64,000 nucleotides of DNA from an uncultured Chloroflexia bacterium (GTDB lineage: Bacteria; Chloroflexota; Dehalococcoidia; DSTF01; JALHUB01): the NCBI GenBank assembly GCA_963703345.1, contig OY969814.1, positions 1,600,001-1,664,000 of the forward strand, in the 5' to 3' direction. Below the pieces are notes generated by a model. It was given only the letters and a program-made list of their open reading frames with translations, was not told the origin of the DNA and ran no database searches. Numbering within the stretch: the stretch's first letter is position 1; the number at the start of each line of letters is the position of its first letter. Made by a program: the position numbers and the translations under genes. Shown here in pieces: positions 58,116 through 64,000 of this stretch.

Positions 58116-58658
58116 ATGCTTTTCGATGTTGGTCCTTTTCTTCGCCAGCCCGCCGGCGCCACGCGAGCCTATCGCCTGAGCGAGCGGCAGGAGGAGTTGG
58201 ACGGCATGCCGGCGGCGGACGTGACGGGGACCGTCTCATTTCTGCGCACTCAGCGGAGCATTCTGGTCAGTGTCTGCCTGTCAGTGAGCAGCAGCGATGT
58301 GTGCAGTCGCTGCCTTGAGCCGCTGCGCACTTCGTACGCCATCGACTTCCAGGAGGAGTTCGGGCCGACCGTCGATATCGAGACGGGGCTGCGCCTGGCG
58401 CCGCCGGAGGATATGTTCGCCATCGACGAGCGGCAGACGCTTGACCTGAACGAGGCGATCCGGCAGTACCGCCTGGCCTGGCAGTCGATGAAGCCGCTGT
58501 GCCGTCCGGACTGCAAGGGGCTCTGCCCGGAGTGCGGCACCAATCTGAACCTGGGGACCTGCGCCTGTTCCCTCAGAAGCGAAAACGTTGACGATCAGGC
58601 TCTGGCGGCGCTGCACGAGATCAAGGCGCAGATAAGCGACAAGGAAAGGGGTAGCTAG
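58116..58658 (+). CDS. yceD: DUF177/YceD family protein
   Basis: CSRCL, PLCRPDCKGLCPECG; upstream of rpmF. Confidence 0.9.
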   Translation: MLFDVGPFLRQPAGATRAYRLSERQEELDGMPAADVTGTVSFLRTQRSILVSVCLSVSSSDVCSRCLEPLRTSYAIDFQEEFGPTVDIETGLRLAPPEDMFAIDERQTLDLNEAIRQYRLAWQSMKPLCRPDCKGLCPECGTNLNLGTCACSLRSENVDDQALAALHEIKAQISDKERGS

Positions 58659-58661
58659 GAC

Positions 58662-58859
58662 TTGCCACCACTACCAAAGCGGAAATACCCGAAGTCGCGG
58701 CAGGGGAAGCGCCGCAGCCACCTGCGGATCGACACGCCGCGGCTGACGGAATGCCCTCAGTGTCATACGCCGCGCCTGCCTCATCATCCGTGCCCGGTAT
58801 GCGGCACATACAAGGGGCGACAGGCGATCAAGATCGAGGAAGCGCGTCTCAACGAGTAG
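58662..58859 (+). CDS. rpmF: 50S ribosomal protein L32 (Zn-binding form)
   Basis: PKRK, RRSH, CPQC, HHPCPVCGTY. Confidence 0.95.
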   Translation: MPPLPKRKYPKSRQGKRRSHLRIDTPRLTECPQCHTPRLPHHPCPVCGTYKGRQAIKIEEARLNE

Positions 58860-58909
58860 CGTAAGCCGCTTCTCATCTCCCATGCAGTCGAACGGAGGCG
58901 AAGCCAGGG

Positions 58910-59875
58910 GTGGTACCCTCGACAGATAGGATTGCCTGGCTCTTCCCGGGACAGGGCGCCCAGCAGGTCGGCATGGGGCGCGAGCTGGCGGAGAAATCGC
59001 CGGCGGCACGAGAGCTGTTCGAGCGGGCCGACGCCGTTCTCGGGCGTCGCCTCTCGGACATCTGCTTCGACGGACCGGAAGATCTGCTGCGCCAGACCGT
59101 CAACACGCAGCCGGCGATCATGACCCTCAGCCTCGCCTGCCTGGCAACGGCGAAGGAGGGCGGCGATCTTCGCGAGGAGCCGACCTTGGTCGCCGGACAC
59201 AGCCTGGGCGAGTATACCGCGGCGGTCGCAGTCGGCGCGCTTTCATTCCAGGACGGGCTGCTGCTGGTCCAGGCGCGCGGCCGCCTGATGCAAGCGGCCG
59301 GCGAGGAAAACCCCGGCGGCATGATCGCCGTGCTCGGCCTCGACGAAGCGGCGGCGGAGAAGCTGTGCGCGGAAAGCGGGGCTCAAGTCTGCAACGTCAA
59401 CTCGCCGGAGCAGATCGTCATCGGCGGCAGCGTCGAAGCGGTGGCCAGGGCGACGGAGCTGGCGCGCTCGCACGGGGCGCGCAGGGCGGTTCCACTTGCC
59501 GTTAGCGGCGCCTTCCACACGGAGCTAATGCAGCCTGCGGCCATCGGCATGGCGGCGGCGCTGGGGCGAACGTCCTTCCACGATCTGGCCGTGCCGCTCG
59601 TCGCCAACGGCACCGCGAAGGCGATTGCGGAGGGGTCGCTGCTGCGCGAGGAGCTGTCGTATCAGCTCACGCACACGGTTCTGTGGCGGCAGTCGGTGGA
59701 GCGCATGCTGGCGATGGGCGTGACCGCTTTCGTCGAGTTCGGGCCCGGGCAAGTGCTGTCGGGGCTGGTGAAGCGAATCGCGCCTTCGGCTGCCGTGCGG
59801 ACGATCGGCGAGCGGGAGCTTTTGGAGAAGACGGCGTCGCTGTCGGCTCAGGGCGAGCGGAACGGCAGGACGTAG
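58910..59875 (+). CDS. fabD: malonyl-CoA:ACP transacylase
   Basis: FPGQG, GHSLGEY, SGAFH, EFGPG. Confidence 0.95.
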   Translation: MVPSTDRIAWLFPGQGAQQVGMGRELAEKSPAARELFERADAVLGRRLSDICFDGPEDLLRQTVNTQPAIMTLSLACLATAKEGGDLREEPTLVAGHSLGEYTAAVAVGALSFQDGLLLVQARGRLMQAAGEENPGGMIAVLGLDEAAAEKLCAESGAQVCNVNSPEQIVIGGSVEAVARATELARSHGARRAVPLAVSGAFHTELMQPAAIGMAAALGRTSFHDLAVPLVANGTAKAIAEGSLLREELSYQLTHTVLWRQSVERMLAMGVTAFVEFGPGQVLSGLVKRIAPSAAVRTIGERELLEKTASLSAQGERNGRT

Positions 59876-59880
59876 CGACG

Positions 59881-60291
59881 ATGCCAACGAGACGACGGCT
59901 GGCGCGGACTCTGGCGCTCCAGGCTCTCTATGAGGCGGACACGACGGGCCACGACCCGCAGGACGCGCTGGAACGCCTGCTCGTCGAGGCAGACGCGGTG
60001 CAGGAGAGCGCGGACTTCGCGCGGGAGCTGGTGACGGGCGCCGTCGAGCAACGCCAGCAACTCGACGAGGTGATAGCGCGCGTGGCGCCGGCCTGGCCGC
60101 TCGAGCAGATGGCGGCGATAGACAGGAATATCCTGAGGCTTGCAATCCTGGAGATTTTGCTGAATAATAGGACGCCAGTGAAGGCGGCAATCAACGAGGC
60201 CGTCGAGCTTGCCAAGACCTTCGGCAGCGATAATTCAGCGAAGTTCGTCAACGGCGTGCTTGGATCGGTTAGCTCGATGGCAGCGCGTTAA
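59881..60291 (+). CDS. nusB: transcription antitermination factor NusB
   Basis: RRLAR..ALQALY, DRNILR, INEAVELAK, FVNGVL. Confidence 0.95.
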   Translation: MPTRRRLARTLALQALYEADTTGHDPQDALERLLVEADAVQESADFARELVTGAVEQRQQLDEVIARVAPAWPLEQMAAIDRNILRLAILEILLNNRTPVKAAINEAVELAKTFGSDNSAKFVNGVLGSVSSMAAR

Positions 60292-60310
60292 TCGGAGAAA
60301 GGAGTGGTAG

Positions 60311-60571
60311 GTGGCTACAGTTTTCGAGCGGGTACGCAAGATTGTCGTGGACCAGTTGGGAGTCGAGGAAGAGCAGGTAGTGCCCAGCGCCTCGTTCGTG
60401 GACGACCTGAACGCGGACTCCCTGGACCTGGTCGAGCTCATCATGTCGATGGAAGAGGAGTTCAGCAAGGACGGCAAGGCCCTTGAGATCTCCGACGAGG
60501 ACGCGGAGAAGATCGTCACCGTCCAGGACGCAATCGACTACCTGAAGGACCTCGGCATAGAGGACAAGTAG
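60311..60571 (+). CDS. acpP: acyl carrier protein
   Basis: [12 protein letters not shown]. Confidence 0.97.
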   Translation: MATVFERVRKIVVDQLGVEEEQVVPSASFVDDLNADSLDLVELIMSMEEEFSKDGKALEISDEDAEKIVTVQDAIDYLKDLGIEDK

Positions 60572-60686
60572 GCCCCCTGCCGCCCTGCGCGAGACCAGGC
60601 CTCTCTCGTTAGCGGTGTGGTACGTTTCCCCTTCGAAGAGCATAATTGGTTTAGAAGTATCGCTGTCACTCTCTTGATTTGAGCTT

Positions 60687-61130
60687 ATGGAGTTTTTCGG
60701 AGTAGGGCTGCCGGAGCTCGTGCTGATCCTCGTCCTCACGCTCATCGTGGTGGGGCCGCAGCGATTGCCGGAGGTTGCCGCGCAACTCGGCCGCGCGATC
60801 CGCGAGTTCCGTCGCTACAGCTCAGGCGTCAGCAAAGAGCTCCTGGATGCGGTGGCGGACCTGGAGCGCGAGTACAAGGAGCTGAAGGGGGAGCTGCGCT
60901 CGGTCAGCGGCGAGATGCTTCAGCGAGCGGAGTCGCTGGGGCGCGATCTGACGGACGTGTCGGAGGAGGTGCGGAAGAAGCTGAAGATTGAGGAGCCGCA
61001 GGCGAAGCCGCCCGCCCGGTCGCAACCCAGCGACAACGGCGCGACCGCCGATAGCGCGGCGCCGCCCGCTGTACAAACGACGGCGACAGAGGTCCGGAGT
61101 GACACGGTCCTCGAGGGACGGGAGGACTGA
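60687..61130 (+). CDS. tatB: Tat translocase TatB-like subunit
   Basis: FGVGLPEL...VVGPQRLPE. Confidence 0.8.
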   Translation: MEFFGVGLPELVLILVLTLIVVGPQRLPEVAAQLGRAIREFRRYSSGVSKELLDAVADLEREYKELKGELRSVSGEMLQRAESLGRDLTDVSEEVRKKLKIEEPQAKPPARSQPSDNGATADSAAPPAVQTTATEVRSDTVLEGRED

Positions 61131-61143
61131 AGTCCTCCCCTAC
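61119..61143 (-). repeat. GTAG-type REP palindrome overlapping the tatB stop
   Basis: Identical to 29433-29457. Confidence 0.8.
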
Positions 61144-61189
61144 AGTTCGCCTCGACGGGTTGTCGAGAGTTCAGTGAGGGCAGGTCGAA

Positions 61190-61954
61190 GTGGCGACAGC
61201 CGAGGCCGACGCGGGCAGCGCAAGTAGCGGCAAGGAGCTGACGATACTGGAGCATCTCCAGGAGCTGCGGCGGCGCCTCATTGTCTGCGCCATCGTGATC
61301 GTTGTCTCTTTCGGCGTATCCCTGTTTCTGACGAGGTGGTTCCTGGAGTGGATCACTGCGCCGGCAAAGAACAGCGGTCAGGACGTCTCTATCGTCTTCA
61401 CCGACGTCCTCGGCTACTGGGGCGCCTACTTTCGCGTCGCGCTTCTGGCGGCGGTCGCGATGTCGATGCCCGTTCTCGTCTACGAGGCGCTGGCCTTCGT
61501 CGGACCGGCACTGACGAAGCAGGAGAAGCGCTGGGTGTTCCCCATCGCCTTCGGGGCGACCGTGCTCTTCGTTATCGGCGTTCTCTTCGCCTACTACCTG
61601 GAACTGCCGCCCGCTCTCCGTTTCCTGCTCAACGCCAGCAACAACATCAAGCCGATGATCAACGTCAGCGGTTATGTCGACTTCGTAACGCGGCTGATGC
61701 TTGTGACCGGCCTGGTGTTCGAGCTGCCGCTGATCGTGATGGGGCTGGCGAAGCTGCATGTCGTGACATCGCGGAAGTTGCTGGGCTGGTGGCGGTACGC
61801 TATCGTCGTCGCCTTCATCGTCTCGGCAATCGTTACGCCCTCCATCGATCCGATAACGCAGACAGTCGTCGCCGTGCCGATGATCGTTCTCTACTTCACG
61901 GGCATTATCCTCGCCAAGCTCGTCGAGCGGTCACGGGCGCCGGCAAACGGCTAA
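61190..61954 (+). CDS. tatC: Tat translocase TatC
   Basis: EHLQELRRRL, FELP, TPSIDP. Confidence 0.95.
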   Translation: MATAEADAGSASSGKELTILEHLQELRRRLIVCAIVIVVSFGVSLFLTRWFLEWITAPAKNSGQDVSIVFTDVLGYWGAYFRVALLAAVAMSMPVLVYEALAFVGPALTKQEKRWVFPIAFGATVLFVIGVLFAYYLELPPALRFLLNASNNIKPMINVSGYVDFVTRLMLVTGLVFELPLIVMGLAKLHVVTSRKLLGWWRYAIVVAFIVSAIVTPSIDPITQTVVAVPMIVLYFTGIILAKLVERSRAPANG

Positions 61955-61974
61955 TCCGTCTTCTCACTTTCTCA

Positions 61975-62003
61975 TTGACTTTCCGCTTTGGTCGTGCTAT
62001 TAT
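61975..62003 (+). promoter_or_regulatory. sigma70 promoter for udg-ftsK
   Basis: TTGACT-17-TATTAT with extended -10 TG. Confidence 0.7.
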
Positions 62004-62145
62004 CCGCCGCGTGGCGAGGTAACGCGCTGAGGTCGCGGTGCGAGCATGGAAGTTGTTTGGAGAAGCGACCTCCGGTCCTCAAAGGAGCCGTGGAGCTCCG
62101 AGGGCCCTGGGCTTCCCTCGCCTGCCGCATTTCTGAGTGACGGAG

Positions 62146-62763
62146 ATGATTGAGGTTGACAGGAAGTCTGCGCTGGCGGAGCTGAACGGCGAGATAGCGC
62201 AGTGCGCGCAGTGCGAGCTGGCGGCGGCGCGTAGTCGAACAGTGCCAGGCGAGGGCCACGCCGACGCCGACATCCTCTTCATCGGCGAGGCGCCGGGCTA
62301 CTACGAGGACCAGCAAGGGCGGCCGTTCGTCGGGCCGGCGGGACAGTTCCTGGAGCAGCTTCTTGGCTCCATCGGGTTGCGACGCGCCGACGTTTTCATC
62401 GCCAACGTCATCAAGTGCCGGCCGCCGCAGAACCAGGACCCGCTGCCGCACCAGATTTCGGCCTGTGGGGGCTGGCTGCAACGTCAGTTGGAGATAATCG
62501 AGCCGAAACTGGTGATAACGCTTGGGCGCTACTCCATGGCCAAGTTCTTCCCTGGGCAGTCGATAAGCCGGATCCACGGCCAGCCGCGACGAATCGGCGG
62601 GCTGCTAGTGGTGCCGATGTACCATCCGGCGGCGGCGCTGCATCAGGGGAGCCTGCGACGGACGATCGAGGACGATTTTAAGAAGCTGCCACCGGTGCTG
62701 AAAAGCTCGCTGGCGGAGGAGTCTGCGGCAGTGCCGGAGTCGCAGCAGATGAAGCTGTTCTAG
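62146..62763 (+). CDS. uracil-DNA glycosylase family 4 (Fe-S)
   Basis: CxxC, GEAPG, PFVGPAG, KCRPP.N, YHPAA. Confidence 0.92.
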   Translation: MIEVDRKSALAELNGEIAQCAQCELAAARSRTVPGEGHADADILFIGEAPGYYEDQQGRPFVGPAGQFLEQLLGSIGLRRADVFIANVIKCRPPQNQDPLPHQISACGGWLQRQLEIIEPKLVITLGRYSMAKFFPGQSISRIHGQPRRIGGLLVVPMYHPAAALHQGSLRRTIEDDFKKLPPVLKSSLAEESAAVPESQQMKLF

Positions 62764-62808
62764 ATAGGGAGATGACCGGTCGCGGGGGCGACCATCAAGG
62801 ACGATAAG

Positions 62809-64000
62809 TTGGCCAAGGCAACGATGAGGTCACGGCCGGGCGGCGGCAAGCCGTCCAGCCTTGCGCCGCGCCGAGCGGCCGGCAGGCAGTTGCCGCGACG
62901 TCGCTCAGCGGGACGAGGGCGTCGGAGCCCGTCATTCCTTTCGACGCTGCGACCGCTGCTCTTCCGCTGGGAGACGTTGGGCGTGGCGCTTGTCGTCGTC
63001 GCCGTCGTCGCCATCCCCTGGCTGGTGCCCGTTACGACGGGCCTTGCCGATGCCCGCGATTCGCTGGTCGAGACGCTGGGCGCGGGCGTGTTCCTGCTCA
63101 TCCTCCTGTTGGGCGTCGTCGGCTGGCTGATAATCCGGCGCACGCTCTTCTCGAGCTTCTACGTCTACTGGCGAAGGTGGCTCGTCTCCCTCCTGCTTGC
63201 TGGGTTCGCGCTCGGGTTCCTCGCGCTCTTCCGGCCCGATTGGAAACTGGGCGGCACAGCTCTGTCCGACGTCACCGCCGGCGGCGATTGGGGCCATACG
63301 CTGGTCTCGGCCCCCATAGGCGTCCTTGCCTGGCTATGGCTGGCGCTGGCGGCGGCGGTCGTTATCTGGCCGAGGAGGTCGCTCCGCATTCTGCAGCGAA
63401 GTCCGCGGCTGGGCGTGGCCGTCTGGCGGCTGCACCTGCCGCAGCGGACGTACCGTTTGGCGCGGCGCACGGGCGACGCGATCTTCCCGACGACACTGGA
63501 GCCAGAGCCGACGGAGCCTGTCTCGGTGGAGACGCTGATGTGGGCGCGGACCAACGCGTCCCCGGTCGCCGAGCCGGGCGCGGCGGAAGCGACGGTGGCT
63601 GAGACGCAGGCGCCGGGCGAGCAGCAGGTCGCCGAACCGTGGCAACCCGCCCTGCCCCTCGCGCTCGAAGGTCCCGACGCGGACGCCCCGGAGACGGCGC
63701 CCCGCAGCAACGGGCGGTGGGAGATGCCGCCGCTGGACACGCTCCTCCCTGCCGGCACGGAGTCCGGCGAACGGCCCGACAACGCCGCTCGCTCGCGGCT
63801 GATCGTCGATACGCTGGCCAGCTTCGGCGTGGACGCGGAGGTCGTGCAGATTAACGAAGGCCCAACGGTCACGCAGTTCGGCATCGAGCCGGGCTGGGAG
63901 GTCAAGACGCGCACGGTACAGGAGCGCAATAGCGCCGGCCGGCCCGTCATCGACCGAAACGGCCATCCGAAGATGAGGACGGAGGAGGTATCGCGGACAA
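62809..64000 (+). CDS. ftsK: DNA translocase FtsK/SpoIIIE, 3'-truncated by the window edge
   Basis: TTG start, N-terminal TM segments, WEMPPLDTL, TLASFGVDA, GPTVTQFGIEP; frame open to the end of the window. Confidence 0.85.
   Translation, partial: MAKATMRSRPGGGKPSSLAPRRAAGRQLPRRRSAGRGRRSPSFLSTLRPLLFRWETLGVALVVVAVVAIPWLVPVTTGLADARDSLVETLGAGVFLLILLLGVVGWLIIRRTLFSSFYVYWRRWLVSLLLAGFALGFLALFRPDWKLGGTALSDVTAGGDWGHTLVSAPIGVLAWLWLALAAAVVIWPRRSLRILQRSPRLGVAVWRLHLPQRTYRLARRTGDAIFPTTLEPEPTEPVSVETLMWARTNASPVAEPGAAEATVAETQAPGEQQVAEPWQPALPLALEGPDADAPETAPRSNGRWEMPPLDTLLPAGTESGERPDNAARSRLIVDTLASFGVDAEVVQINEGPTVTQFGIEPGWEVKTRTVQERNSAGRPVIDRNGHPKMRTEEVSRT

Overview
GC-rich bacterial chromosome segment. Gene content and protein signatures (FtsK insert, HisZ/HisG, apgM, dapL) point to Chloroflexota, probably Dehalococcoidia; this is inference. 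Most of it is housekeeping: glcDEF-like oxidase, hflX, dapF/dapL, miaA-tpiA-apgM-pgk, guaA, purDEBCS, hisZGDCB, nfeD/SPFH, birA-murE, rnpB, rpmF-fabD-nusB-acpP, tatBC, udg, ftsK. The main points of interest are: (1) a compact c-di-GMP circuit at 11.9-16.2 kb, with a c-di-GMP-I riboswitch and terminator ahead of a sigma-28, and sigma-28-type promoters ahead of an HD-GYP phosphodiesterase and a degenerate GGDEF protein; (2) inside that circuit, an operator-controlled transcript whose only well-initiated ORF is 7 aa; (3) an unannotated ~180-bp promoter-bearing dispersed element at the core/accessory junctions of two islets; (4) a large serine recombinase lacking its catalytic serine, coupled into the zinc-ribbon/RNase H/rnpB operon; (5) an IS1595 element with passenger genes inserted into a REP palindrome; (6) a tandem double HisG and a Zn-phosphoesterase inside the his operon; (7) hflX with no canonical start codon. 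No tRNA, rRNA or CRISPR array was seen.
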